A stretch of 63,808 bases of DNA, the filler included, from an uncultured Gemmatimonadota bacterium (GTDB taxonomy: Bacteria > Blakebacterota > Blakebacteria > Blakebacterales > Blakebacteraceae), in NCBI GenBank assembly GCA_964576115.1. It is 3 parts of 3 records of this genome, joined end to end, with 100 filler letters (N's around TTAATTAATTAA, not from the genome) between each part and the next. Parts side by side here need not be neighbours in the genome. Positions count along the whole stretch, not along the records: positions 1 to 27,254 come from CAZNUA010000046.1; 2 more parts are not named here. One strand, given 5' to 3'. The position numbers and the translations under genes are program-made. The notes under the pieces are model-generated. The model made no database searches, was not told the origin of the DNA, and saw only the letters and a list, made by a program, of their open reading frames with translations. Every line of letters begins with the position of its first letter. The first letter of the stretch is position 1. Below, one piece after another: positions 1 through 9,642 of this stretch.

Positions 1-2
1 GC

Positions 3-281
3 AGGGGGCGCTACTGCCTGCTCGGTCTGCGCGTGCCGGCCCCCGAACTCTTCGTCGGGGTGGACGCCGATGCGGAGCGGGCACTGCCCGTTACCCTGCG
101 TCGGGCCGCGCAGGCAGGGCTTTCGACCGTGTACGTGCCGAGCTGGCGGGAAGTGCGCGACACGGACGATCTGATCCGTCTGCAGGACCGGCTGCATCGC
201 AGTGCCCGGCACCCCGACCTGGTCGCCGCGGTGGGACAGGCGCTGGCCGGTATCGGACCGGCCGGGGACCGGTCGCCGTGA
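3..281 (+). CDS. DUF2064/TIGR04282-like glycosyltransferase-fold protein, C-terminal part (5' truncated by window edge)
   Basis: Frame is open from base 3: RGRYCLLGLRVPAPELF...TLRRA..AGL...VP.W..VRDTDDL, resembling the GGYYLLGL..P.PELF...DVDT.EDL C-terminus of this family. Stop overlaps the next start (GTGA). Confidence 0.55.
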   Translation, partial: RGRYCLLGLRVPAPELFVGVDADAERALPVTLRRAAQAGLSTVYVPSWREVRDTDDLIRLQDRLHRSARHPDLVAAVGQALAGIGPAGDRSP

Positions 282-976
282 GCGGGTCCCGGAACGCCGG
301 CGGCCCGGGTGAGCGGACCGACGATTTCCTGACTCCCGCAGCCTGCGCCCGGGCGCAGATCAGGGTCAAGGACAGCCGTTTTCTGGCGCTCTGCGAGCCG
401 TGTGCCGACCGCGATCGGGCTCGATCGCTGATCGAGGAGTACGAGCGGCAACATGCCGACGCCACCCATGTCTGCTGGGCCTGGCGGTTGCGCAGCGAAC
501 CCGAACCGGGTGAAGCCTGGTCCGATGCCGGTGAACCGGCGGGCACGGCGGGCGTCCCCATTGTGGGGGCCCTGCGGTCGGCCGCGCTGGAGAACGTTCT
601 GGGAATCGTCGTGCGCTGGTTCGGCGGCACCAAACTCGGCCGGGGAGGGCTGATCCGGGCCTATCGGGAAGCCATGCAGGCCGCCCTGGAACAGGCCGAG
701 ATCGTGACCGCCGTCCCGCAGGCGGTCGTCCGCCTGCAGGCCCCGGCGGCCCTGATCGGCGAACTGCACCGGGTTGCCGCCGCTTTTGGAGCCGACTACC
801 GGGAACAGCGGGTGGAGGGGGAGGGGGTCGTGATTACCGTTTCGCTCCCCGCCCGTCTCGTGGATACTCTTCGAGAACAGCTCGCCGCCGCAACGCGGGG
901 AGCGGGCTCGGTGCGGTCCCTGGAGACGGACCGGGCCGCCGAGCCCGGTCAAGGAGAAGAAACCGATGACGAGTGA
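278..976 (+). CDS. yigZ: YigZ/IMPACT family protein
   Basis: Motifs KDSRF, HADATHVCWAWR, SDAGEPAGTAG, VVRWFGGTKLG.GGLIRAY. Confidence 0.9.
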   Translation: MSGSRNAGGPGERTDDFLTPAACARAQIRVKDSRFLALCEPCADRDRARSLIEEYERQHADATHVCWAWRLRSEPEPGEAWSDAGEPAGTAGVPIVGALRSAALENVLGIVVRWFGGTKLGRGGLIRAYREAMQAALEQAEIVTAVPQAVVRLQAPAALIGELHRVAAAFGADYREQRVEGEGVVITVSLPARLVDTLREQLAAATRGAGSVRSLETDRAAEPGQGEETDDE

Positions 977-1949
977 GGCAGGGCGCTGGGCGATCGGGCT
1001 CGATCTGGGCGGCAGTGCGGTCAAAAGCGGCCTGGTGGCCGCCGACGGCTCCATTGCGGTCTTCGAGCGCACGCCGATCGACCGCCGGGCCGGGGCCGAT
1101 CACCTGCTTGCCGCTCTCCTGAACCAGATAGAGCGTCTGCGCGCAGCCGCCGCCGAGCGGGGTTTCGAACCGGTGGGCATCGGTGTGGGCAGCCCGGGCA
1201 GTATCGAACGGGCGACCGGCCGGATCCACAAATCCCCCAATTTCGCCGGCTGGACAGGGTATCCCCTGCGCGACGAACTCGTCCGGAACACCGAACTGCC
1301 CGTCTATCTCGCCAACGACGTGAACGCCGCCGCCCTGGGAGAGCTCAAGTTCGGGGCCGGTGAAGATTACGAGAATTTCATCATGATCACGCTCGGTACC
1401 GGAGTCGGGGGGGCGCTGGTGATCGGCGGTCGTCTCTACGACGGGGCTGAAGGCTTCGCGGGCGAGATCGGACACATGATGATCGATCCCGAGGGACCCG
1501 AGTGTCCCTGCGGAAACCGCGGCTGCCTCGAACAGCTGGTCGGGGCCTCGGCGATGGTCGACCGGGCCCGGGCTCTGCTGGCCGGATCCGATGCCGACGG
1601 CCCCCTGGCCGCCGTGCCGGAAGAGGAACTCACGCCCGAGATCATCGGTGAAGCCGCCGCCGACGGAGACCCGGTGGGCCGGATGGTCCTGGCCGAATCG
1701 GGGCGCTGGCTCGGGCTGGCCTTCATCACCCTCATCAACGTTCTGGATCCCGACTGCATTCTGGTCGGCGGGGGGATCGCCCAGGCCGGACCGCCGCTTT
1801 TCGATGCCATCCGTCAGACCGTCGGGAACCACGCCATGTCGGGCACGGCCCGGATCGTGCCCATCGTTCTCGCCGCCCTGGGAACCCGGGCCGGCACCGC
1901 CGGTGCCGGCGCCCTTGCCCTATGGCCCGAACTCTCCTGCGAATCCTGA
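966..1949 (+). CDS. ROK family sugar kinase (glucokinase-like)
   Basis: GLDLGGS, NDVNAAALGE, TLGTGVGG, GEIGH and the CPCGNRGCLE zinc motif. No N-terminal HTH. Confidence 0.9.
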   Translation: MTSEAGRWAIGLDLGGSAVKSGLVAADGSIAVFERTPIDRRAGADHLLAALLNQIERLRAAAAERGFEPVGIGVGSPGSIERATGRIHKSPNFAGWTGYPLRDELVRNTELPVYLANDVNAAALGELKFGAGEDYENFIMITLGTGVGGALVIGGRLYDGAEGFAGEIGHMMIDPEGPECPCGNRGCLEQLVGASAMVDRARALLAGSDADGPLAAVPEEELTPEIIGEAAADGDPVGRMVLAESGRWLGLAFITLINVLDPDCILVGGGIAQAGPPLFDAIRQTVGNHAMSGTARIVPIVLAALGTRAGTAGAGALALWPELSCES

Positions 1950-4513
1950 CCCGGTTTCTGACCGCGGGCCTTGCGGTCGTGCTCCTGCTGCCCGGGCCGG
2001 TCGGGGCGGGGGCCGCCGAGCAGGATCCCCCTCCGCCGCCGGGGGCTCGGCGCGCCCGGCCCGATACCATGAATGCCGCCCTCCAGGATACGACCCGGAC
2101 CGGACGGGGGCACGGATACGACCGGATCGTAGCCGAGTACGTCTCGCTCTCGAGTGACGGAACGACGACCACCTTTCGCGGCAGTCCCGAGAAACCGGCC
2201 TGGGTGCGCATGCAGGATATCGAAGTCAAGGCCGGTATCATCATCTACGACCAGGAAAACGAGTGGATCACCGCCCTGCCGCTGCCCGATACCTCGGCCA
2301 CGGGCCAGGCCGGGGGTCTGCACCGCCCGCTTTTCATCCAGGCCGATCAGCAGCTGGTCGGGACGCACATGTTCTACGATCTGAACGCCGACAAGGGCCA
2401 GGTCTGGAGCGGCGATACGACCTATGAATTCGGGTACTATCACGGCGATATCATCAGTGCCTACCGCAGCCAGCCCAACTACCTGACGGTTCGTCAGGCC
2501 CGCTTCACGACCTGCGACCTCGAGCATCCGCACTATTACTTCTCGGCCGAGAAAATGAAGATCATCCCCGAGGACAAGGTCATCGCCCGGGGAATCCGTT
2601 TCAATCTGCTGGGACTCAATATCCCCCCCCGGCTCTTCACCATTCCCGGGCTCGATCTCGAGATCTTCCCGCCGCTGCCCTTTCTGATCAAATCGATCCG
2701 TTCGGGGCGTCAGTCGGGACTGCTCATGCCCCGCTACTCCTCCAACACTCTGACCGGCGTCACGTTGAAGGATGTCGGGTATTACTGGGCTCCGAGCCCG
2801 TATTTCGACCTGCGCGCCGCGGCCGATATCACCGAGAAGCAGGGGGTGATCCTGCGGGCCCGCACCCGCTACGCCCTGCGCTACCGGCTGCAGGGCAATG
2901 TCGAGGTGAACTACAACTACAACCGCCAGACCCGGATCGTGCGTTGGGAAACCCGCTTCAACCACAACCAGACCCTGAGTCCCACCACCCGCCTCACCGC
3001 CCGGGGTAACTTCACCTCCTCGAAGGACTTCAATACCGCTCTCAGTGACGATCTCGACCGCCGGCTGCAGCGGATCCTGCGCTCGCACGTCAACTTCTCG
3101 CAGCGCCTGGAGGGAGGCGGCAGTTTCGCCGCTACTGCCAGCCAGACCCGCTATCTCGACCGGGACGTGACCAACACCCAGCTGCCGACCATAAGCCTGC
3201 GCCTGCCCCGGCGTCCCCTGTTCGGAATCGTCGAGGAAACAGGCCCGGCCGGAGCGCCGGGAGGGCTGCGGGGCCTGGGGCCGGCGGCCGGGGTGGCCCG
3301 GAGCACCGGTCCGGTCTGGTACGAGAACTTCTATTTCAGCTACAGCGCCAACTTCCGGGCTCAGACCGATGACAGGCTGATCGACGCCTCCGATCCCTCG
3401 CTCGGTAACGAAACCACCAGCCAGACCGGTCTCGAGCAGCGGGCCGATCTGAACTACGCGGGCAAGGCCTTCGGATGGCTGAACCTCCAGCCGGGCTTCA
3501 GCGCCCGGGAAGCCTGGTATATGGGAGACACAGCCGAGGAGGGCTTTCAGCGCCGGCTGACCTGGAATTCCAACCTGAGGGCCAGCACCAAGCTCTATGG
3601 TCTGGCCGAGGAACCGTTTGGTATCAATGCGTCCTTCCGGCACGTGGTCGAACCGAGTCTGACCTTCAGCTATGCTCCCGATTTCACCGACCTGCCCGAT
3701 GTCCCCAATATGTTCGGAGCCAATCCCGGACCGCAGCAGCGGTTCGCTTTCCAGCTGGGCCAGATCTTTCAGATGAAGCGCCTGGTGGGCGAAGAAGAGC
3801 GGAAAACCGACCTCGCCCGGGTCACCACCGGGCTGTCCTACAACGAACAGTCCAGCGGGCGGAAACTGTCGGACGTTACATCTTCACTGGTAACGAACGC
3901 CGGACGCGTTCTGAACCTGCAGTTTTCAACGGTTCACAGCTTCTATGCTCCGGGAACCGACGAGCTGCAGTGGACGCCGGTTGCAGTGAGCGCGCGCTAC
4001 CGTTCTTCGCTGCGACTCGACAGTGCCACGCTCGCCCGATGGTTTTCCCGGACCCCCGCCGAGACTGAGGCGGAAGCAGAGGAAGACGTACCGGAAGAAG
4101 CGGCAGGTCAGGAGCAGGCGGCAGCCGGGGAGGACACACCGTACGGTCTGCCGACCCGCGAGGCCAGCGATCTCACGCGTCCGGGTGCCGATCGGGCACG
4201 GACCGGCGGTCGGCGGTGGAACCTGACGGTGAACCACAGTTACCAGTGGGTGAAGGATCGACCCGAGCCCACACACAGTCTGGACGGTTCGCTGACGGTT
4301 AACCTGCCTCGCTGGACGCTGACGACGTCGGCACGCTACGACGTCACCGGCAGGGAGCTGATCCGGCACACGATCAGCATCTACCGGGATCTGCACTGCT
4401 GGGAGGCTCGACTGCAGGTGGTGACGCGCGGACCGGGTCGGGGATACTGGTTCGTCATCGCGATCACAGATATCCCCGAGATCAAGTACGAACGGCGAAG
4501 GACCGTGTTTTAA
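1922..4513 (+). CDS. lptD: Putative LPS assembly outer-membrane protein LptD (long FCB-type)
   Basis: Signal peptide, FTTCDLEHPHYYF, SGLLMPRY, GYYWAPS.YFD, C-terminal YRDLHCWEA. Confidence 0.8.
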   Translation: MARTLLRILTRFLTAGLAVVLLLPGPVGAGAAEQDPPPPPGARRARPDTMNAALQDTTRTGRGHGYDRIVAEYVSLSSDGTTTTFRGSPEKPAWVRMQDIEVKAGIIIYDQENEWITALPLPDTSATGQAGGLHRPLFIQADQQLVGTHMFYDLNADKGQVWSGDTTYEFGYYHGDIISAYRSQPNYLTVRQARFTTCDLEHPHYYFSAEKMKIIPEDKVIARGIRFNLLGLNIPPRLFTIPGLDLEIFPPLPFLIKSIRSGRQSGLLMPRYSSNTLTGVTLKDVGYYWAPSPYFDLRAAADITEKQGVILRARTRYALRYRLQGNVEVNYNYNRQTRIVRWETRFNHNQTLSPTTRLTARGNFTSSKDFNTALSDDLDRRLQRILRSHVNFSQRLEGGGSFAATASQTRYLDRDVTNTQLPTISLRLPRRPLFGIVEETGPAGAPGGLRGLGPAAGVARSTGPVWYENFYFSYSANFRAQTDDRLIDASDPSLGNETTSQTGLEQRADLNYAGKAFGWLNLQPGFSAREAWYMGDTAEEGFQRRLTWNSNLRASTKLYGLAEEPFGINASFRHVVEPSLTFSYAPDFTDLPDVPNMFGANPGPQQRFAFQLGQIFQMKRLVGEEERKTDLARVTTGLSYNEQSSGRKLSDVTSSLVTNAGRVLNLQFSTVHSFYAPGTDELQWTPVAVSARYRSSLRLDSATLARWFSRTPAETEAEAEEDVPEEAAGQEQAAAGEDTPYGLPTREASDLTRPGADRARTGGRRWNLTVNHSYQWVKDRPEPTHSLDGSLTVNLPRWTLTTSARYDVTGRELIRHTISIYRDLHCWEARLQVVTRGPGRGYWFVIAITDIPEIKYERRRTVF

Positions 4514-4537
4514 TGCGGGTTTACGCCGGATGGCGGC

Positions 4538-4567
4538 TTGACGGGACCTCCCGCAGCCGCCTAGAAT
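4538..4567 (+). promoter_or_regulatory. Sigma70-type promoter of the HU gene
   Basis: TTGACG-18 bp-TAGAAT, ending 55 bp before the HU start codon. Confidence 0.6.
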
Positions 4568-4622
4568 GACAGCAGGTGCAGACTCGGAGATTCACCAGAA
4601 TCGACTGGTAGGAGGTGACAGA

Positions 4623-4895
4623 ATGACGAAGAAGGAACTCGTTGCAGCGGCAGCCGACGCAGCTGGAATCTCGAAGGCCAAGGCGGAAGTTGCTCTCAAT
4701 GCGGCTTTTGACGGTATCACGACGGCCCTGAAGCAGGGCGACAAGGTCACTCTCGTGGGCTTTGGGACGTTCTCGGCTTCGCACCGGGCGGCTCGCATGG
4801 GGCGCAACCCGCGCACCGGCGCGTCGATCCAGATCCCCGCCAGCAAGGTACCGAAGTTCAAGGCCGGGAAGTCGCTCAAGGACGCCATCCAGTAA
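4623..4895 (+). CDS. hup: DNA-binding protein HU
   Basis: MTKKELV...GDKVTLVGFGTF...RAARMGRNPRTG...PKFKAGKSLKD. SD GGAGGTG before ATG 4623. Confidence 0.97.
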   Translation: MTKKELVAAAADAAGISKAKAEVALNAAFDGITTALKQGDKVTLVGFGTFSASHRAARMGRNPRTGASIQIPASKVPKFKAGKSLKDAIQ

Positions 4896-4915
4896 CCGTT
4901 TCTTTTCACCAGACG

Positions 4916-4954
4916 AAAAGGAGCAGGGGGGACGCCTCCTGCTCCTTTTTCTTT
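4916..4954 (+). terminator. Intrinsic terminator after HU
   Basis: AAAAGGAGCAGGGGG-GACG-CCTCCTGCTCCTTTT hairpin followed by T-rich run. Confidence 0.85.
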
Positions 4955-5004
4955 TGGTCGGCACCGGTCGGGAGGTACTACCTTGCTCCCCGGAGGATCC
5001 GCTT

Positions 5005-6297
5005 ATGAGAACGATCGTGTTCGAAGACGACGGCTGGCGCCGGTTTCTGCCGCTGACCGCCCTCAGAAGCCTGCTCGAGGTGCGTTGCGGCATCCTGCCG
5101 CTGTGGGAAAAGACCTGGCTGGCGACGGGCGAAAAGGTGGATTTTGTGGCCTTCAGACCCGAAATACGGGCTCTTGCCGAAAAAAAATATGAAAAAAAAC
5201 AGGTCCCATTTCCCGCCTGCAATCCGGCCGGATCGGACCTCTCTCTCTGGCTCAACGGACGCCTTCTCTGGACCCCCGAACTGATCGCTGAAACCCGGGA
5301 GCTGGCAGCGGGCGAGGCCCTGGTTCTGCCCGGCGGAACTCTCGCCGCCGCCGCGGCTGCGGTCGAGGCTTCCGGATCCGATCTTTCCGGGCGTCTCTCG
5401 GCGGCGGTCACACAGCTCCGCGAGGTGTCCTGGCCCGCTCTGGAGGTCTGGTACGATCTGCTCGAGTTCGGCCCGGCCGAGATCGGTGCCGATTCCGAAC
5501 GGCTCGGCCTCACCCCGACCGCCGATCCGGCCGGCCTGCCCGAAGGGGCCCATCTGCTGGGAGAAGCCGGGGCCTACCTGGCCGACGGTGTGGTGATCGA
5601 TCCGGGCGTGGTGTTCGATACTCGCCACGGCCCGGTCGTGGTGGACAGCGGCGCCCATCTCATGACCGGGGCGGTTCTGGCCGGTCCGTGTTACATCGGT
5701 CGGGAGTCACTGGTGAAAGTGCGAGCCGTCCTTTCCGAGGGATGTTCGATCGGGGAACGCTGCAAGGTGGGAGGGGAACTCGAGTGCGTCTTCATGCAGG
5801 GTTGGGCCAACAAGCAGCACGACGGCTACCTGGGCCACGCCGTGGTGGGCTCGTGGGTCAATCTGGGCGCGGCCACGAACAACAGCGATCTGAAGAACAC
5901 CTACGGAGAGGTCGACACCTGGCTCGACGGGCAGATGCAGGGCAGCGGGCGGATGTTCCTGGGCTGCTGTCTGGGCGATCATACCAAGACCGCCATCGGG
6001 ACGACCCTGATCACCGGCATGGTGGCCGGGGTGGGCTGTAACCTCTTCGGAGCGGGATTCCACCCGGTCCGGGTGCCCGATTTCATCTGGGGGCAACCGG
6101 GGGCGTACAAGGAATACCTGTTCGACCGGGTGGTGGAGACCGCACGGACCGTCATGGCCCGCCGCCAGGTCGATCTGCCGGCCGAGTACGAGGCCCTCAT
6201 GCGTGCCTGTTTCGAGGCTTCGGCCCCGGAGCGAGAAGTGTTCCTCAATCGGCTGCAGCACAGCCGGACCGCCGCCCGGCGGCGGGACGAGCATTGA
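5005..6297 (+). CDS. GlmU-like putative sugar-nucleotidyltransferase/acetyltransferase (FCB-type)
   Basis: N-terminal FED...FLPLT..R...E.RCGI; hexapeptide region GP.YIG...CKVGGE...NKQHDGYLGH..VGSWVNLGA.TNNSDLKNTYG. SD GGAGG before ATG 5005. Confidence 0.8.
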   Translation: MRTIVFEDDGWRRFLPLTALRSLLEVRCGILPLWEKTWLATGEKVDFVAFRPEIRALAEKKYEKKQVPFPACNPAGSDLSLWLNGRLLWTPELIAETRELAAGEALVLPGGTLAAAAAAVEASGSDLSGRLSAAVTQLREVSWPALEVWYDLLEFGPAEIGADSERLGLTPTADPAGLPEGAHLLGEAGAYLADGVVIDPGVVFDTRHGPVVVDSGAHLMTGAVLAGPCYIGRESLVKVRAVLSEGCSIGERCKVGGELECVFMQGWANKQHDGYLGHAVVGSWVNLGAATNNSDLKNTYGEVDTWLDGQMQGSGRMFLGCCLGDHTKTAIGTTLITGMVAGVGCNLFGAGFHPVRVPDFIWGQPGAYKEYLFDRVVETARTVMARRQVDLPAEYEALMRACFEASAPEREVFLNRLQHSRTAARRRDEH

Positions 6298-6304
6298 CTC
6301 GCTG

Positions 6305-7204
6305 ATGAAGCGCTCCACCGGAGCCGATATCGTCTTTGTCTCCATCACCCTTCTCTGGGGCACCTCCTTCGCTCTGGCCAAAGGGGCCCTCGTCTGGGTT
6401 ACCCCCGCCCTCTTCGTGGCGATGCGGTTCGCCGTGGCCGGTGTGGTCTGGCTGGCGCTGTACGGCTCCTGCCTGAAGGATCTCAAACCGGGAACCTGGA
6501 GCCGCGGTCTGGCTCTCGGGGCCGTGCTGGGAGCGGGCTTCGTTTTCCAGACAGCGGGGCTCGAAGACACCGGGGCGAGTATGACCGGTTTTCTGACCGG
6601 ACTGACGGTGGCGATCGTGCCCCTGCTCGTCATCGCGATCGAGCGCACCCTGCCGCGGGTGACCTCGGTCGCGGGGGTTCTGCTCTGCATCCTCGGTCTG
6701 TGGGTGCTGACCTCGCCTCAGGGAACCGGCCTGGGTACCGGCGATCTACTCGTCCTCGTGGGAGCATTTTTCTTCGCCCTCTATATCGTTTTCGTGGAGA
6801 TGTTCACAGCCGACTACGACACCCGGGCCCTGACTCTGATCCAGGCCGTGGGGATCCTGGTCGTGGCGGTGCCGGGAATCCTGCTCGTCGAATCTCCGGC
6901 TGTGGAGTTCACCTGGGCCTTCACCTGGCGCTGGCTTGCCCTGGGGCTCATGGCGGCCGTGACCCTGGCCCTGCAGATTCACTGGCAGCGCTACATTTCC
7001 GCCACCCGGGCGGCCGTCATCATCACTCTGCAGACCCCCCTCTCGGCCCTGTTCGCCTTCCTGCTGCTGGCCGAAGTCCTCCCGCCGGCCGCGTATCTGG
7101 GCGGCGGTCTCATCTTTCTGGGGACTCTTGTGGCCGAAGGTGGTGCGCGCCTGCTGCCCCCGCGAACCCGCCGCAAGGAAAGGGCGGGTCATGGAGCCGA
7201 TTGA
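6305..7204 (+). CDS. DMT/EamA family transporter
   Basis: About 10 hydrophobic segments; LWGTSF..AK, RF, GF.FQT.GL..T.AS..GFLTGL, GDLLVL. Confidence 0.88.
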   Translation: MKRSTGADIVFVSITLLWGTSFALAKGALVWVTPALFVAMRFAVAGVVWLALYGSCLKDLKPGTWSRGLALGAVLGAGFVFQTAGLEDTGASMTGFLTGLTVAIVPLLVIAIERTLPRVTSVAGVLLCILGLWVLTSPQGTGLGTGDLLVLVGAFFFALYIVFVEMFTADYDTRALTLIQAVGILVVAVPGILLVESPAVEFTWAFTWRWLALGLMAAVTLALQIHWQRYISATRAAVIITLQTPLSALFAFLLLAEVLPPAAYLGGGLIFLGTLVAEGGARLLPPRTRRKERAGHGAD

Positions 7205-7236
7205 GTCCTGACACCGGAACCGGTTAGACTCATCCC

Positions 7237-9642
7237 ATGCTCGTCTCCCGGATATTCGAGAACCGGGTGATCTGGGCCGTCTGGGTGGTACTGGCTGTCG
7301 CTACACTTCTGGGACTCGCGCGATATACCCGCAGAATCGATCTGCCGGTCGAGGTGACAGCCGCCCGGAACGGCGTGGAGATCGTCGGCATCACACCCGA
7401 TTCGGAGTCAGCCCTCGGCCCCGGATGGCCCGATGACCCGTCGGCCTACGCCATCGGCGAAGTCGAGGGGATCGCAATCCGCAATCCCTGGTATGTCCGG
7501 CTGGCCCTGGCCGGACACAGCCGCGGCCAGAACGTCCGCCTGCGTCTGCTGGATCCGGAATCGGGCCGGTTCCTGGCCGCAGAGGTCAGGGCAATGCTGG
7601 TCCGGGACTGGTTGCCGGCCGATCTGGTCACCCTGGCCCTGATCGCCCTGACAACTCTCGGCCTGGGCGCCTTCCTGCTCACCCGACGCTCGTATCATCC
7701 AGCCGCCGTCCCCCTGGCGCTGGCGCTGGCCGTGATCGGCAGCGCCATCACTCTCGATGAATTCGGGGCCGCCCTGGGTCCGGGTTTACTGAGATGGCTT
7801 CCTGGTCTGCTGTGGGCCTTTCTCTTTCCGCTCATCTCGCCGGCGGTACTCGAGTTCGCCAGCCGTTTCCCGGTCCGTTCGACCTTCTGGCAGCGATTTC
7901 CCTGGGTCACCCGGCTGGCCTGGGTCATTGCCCTGGCCATCGGGTTCGTGACCGCTCTCGGATCGATCCTGTATGTCGGCGGGATCGCACGGGCCGGACT
8001 ATGGCTGTGCGTGGTGGCCCAGAACATTCTCTGGCTGGTGATGATTGCCATGGTTGCGGTCGTGGGGTACAGCCTGTGGCTGTCGTTCCGCGAATCGGAG
8101 GACTGGGCCACCCGGAACCGGATTCGCTGGGTGCTTGCCGGGGTGGCGATCGGAGGCGTGCCTCCCCTGCTGCTGATCTATATCCCCCGCCTGCTCCGGA
8201 CCGCACCGCCCCTGCCCGAAGTGGCGGGGCTCACCTTCCTGCTGCTGATCCCGATCTGTCTGACCGTGGCCGTGATCAGGCATCACCTGCTCGATATCAG
8301 GATCGTCATCAGACAGGGATTGATCTACGGTCCGGCCACGCTGGCGGTCTATGTCCTCTTCGTTTCCGTTTTTGTGGGAGTCGGATTCGTTCTGCTGCAG
8401 AGGATCGGCCCCGACACCTCGGTCACCTTCAGCCTGTTGGGCACCCTGACGCTGCTGGCGATAAGCATCCATCTGCTCTTCGAGCCCCTGCGCCGGCGGT
8501 TGCAGAACCTGGTCGACCGGCTCTTCTTCCGCACCCGCTACGATTACGGCCAGACCCTGCGCTCTTTTCGCCAGGGGCTGGGCCAGCGGCTGACCGGAGT
8601 CTCGGCCCTGGGATACCTGCTGACCCAGGTCCGTAACGTGCTGAACCCGGAGTGGGCCACCGTCACCGACCTGACTGGCGAGTGGAGCGAGCCCTGGGAT
8701 ATCGTTCAGCCTGTCGAAGATGCGGTCGAACCCGAGGTGCGGGTACCCTTCCCGCACCTGGAGGGACTCGAGCTCAGACTGGGGCCGAAGCGTTCCGGAA
8801 TGGCCTGGCATGCTCACGATCTGGCTCTGCTCGAGTCGCTCACCGATCTGACTTCGACGGCGCTGCAGCGTGAGATCCTGCAGCGACGCCTGCTGGCCGA
8901 GGAAGCCGAGAAGGAGCGGCTCGGGGCTCTCAACCGGCTCAAGGACGATTTTCTCTCCCTGGTCAGCCACGACCTGCGCAGTCCGCTCACCTCGCTGACC
9001 CTGAGTGCCGACCTCATTGCGTTGAATGCCGGCCAGGCCGGCGACGAGGAAACGCGCGACACCGCCCTGCGGATGAAACGGGCGGCGCTGCAGCTCGGGC
9101 ACATGGTCGAGCGGCTGCTGCACACGGCCCGGGTCGAGGCCGGCCGGATCGATCCCGAACTCAAGGCGTGCGACGTGCGGGAATGCGTCAAGGCCGTCTT
9201 CGACCGGCACGATCTGCTGGCCGACAACGCCGGTGTAGCCCTGGAAAACATGGTTGCCGAGGGGATCACGGTGCTGGCCGATCCCCTCCTTCTGCAGGAA
9301 GCGCTCAGCAACCTGGTCGACAACGCGCTGAAGGTCTCAGAGCGCGGGACCAGTATTGTCATCAGTGCCGTCTCAGACGAAGAAAACGGTGATTGCCGCC
9401 TGGCGGTCACCGACTACGGCCCGGGCATCCCGGAAGAGATCCGCCCGACCCTGTTCGAACGGGGCAAGTTCATGAGCCAGCAGGCCGGCCGGACCGGCTT
9501 CGGACTGGGGCTCTACCTGGTGAACGAGCTGATCCGGCTGCAGGGCGGGGAACTCGAACTCGGGGAGACGTCCCGCAAGGGTACGACCTTCCACATACGC
9601 TTACCGAAATGGACGGGACATGCGCAGGCTTCTGATAGCTGA
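7237..9642 (+). CDS. Multi-TM sensor histidine kinase
   Basis: Many TM helices, then HisKA H-box SHDLRSPL, N-box NLVDNALK, D-box DYGPGI and G-box GFGLGL. Confidence 0.92.
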   Translation: MLVSRIFENRVIWAVWVVLAVATLLGLARYTRRIDLPVEVTAARNGVEIVGITPDSESALGPGWPDDPSAYAIGEVEGIAIRNPWYVRLALAGHSRGQNVRLRLLDPESGRFLAAEVRAMLVRDWLPADLVTLALIALTTLGLGAFLLTRRSYHPAAVPLALALAVIGSAITLDEFGAALGPGLLRWLPGLLWAFLFPLISPAVLEFASRFPVRSTFWQRFPWVTRLAWVIALAIGFVTALGSILYVGGIARAGLWLCVVAQNILWLVMIAMVAVVGYSLWLSFRESEDWATRNRIRWVLAGVAIGGVPPLLLIYIPRLLRTAPPLPEVAGLTFLLLIPICLTVAVIRHHLLDIRIVIRQGLIYGPATLAVYVLFVSVFVGVGFVLLQRIGPDTSVTFSLLGTLTLLAISIHLLFEPLRRRLQNLVDRLFFRTRYDYGQTLRSFRQGLGQRLTGVSALGYLLTQVRNVLNPEWATVTDLTGEWSEPWDIVQPVEDAVEPEVRVPFPHLEGLELRLGPKRSGMAWHAHDLALLESLTDLTSTALQREILQRRLLAEEAEKERLGALNRLKDDFLSLVSHDLRSPLTSLTLSADLIALNAGQAGDEETRDTALRMKRAALQLGHMVERLLHTARVEAGRIDPELKACDVRECVKAVFDRHDLLADNAGVALENMVAEGITVLADPLLLQEALSNLVDNALKVSERGTSIVISAVSDEENGDCRLAVTDYGPGIPEEIRPTLFERGKFMSQQAGRTGFGLGLYLVNELIRLQGGELELGETSRKGTTFHIRLPKWTGHAQASDS

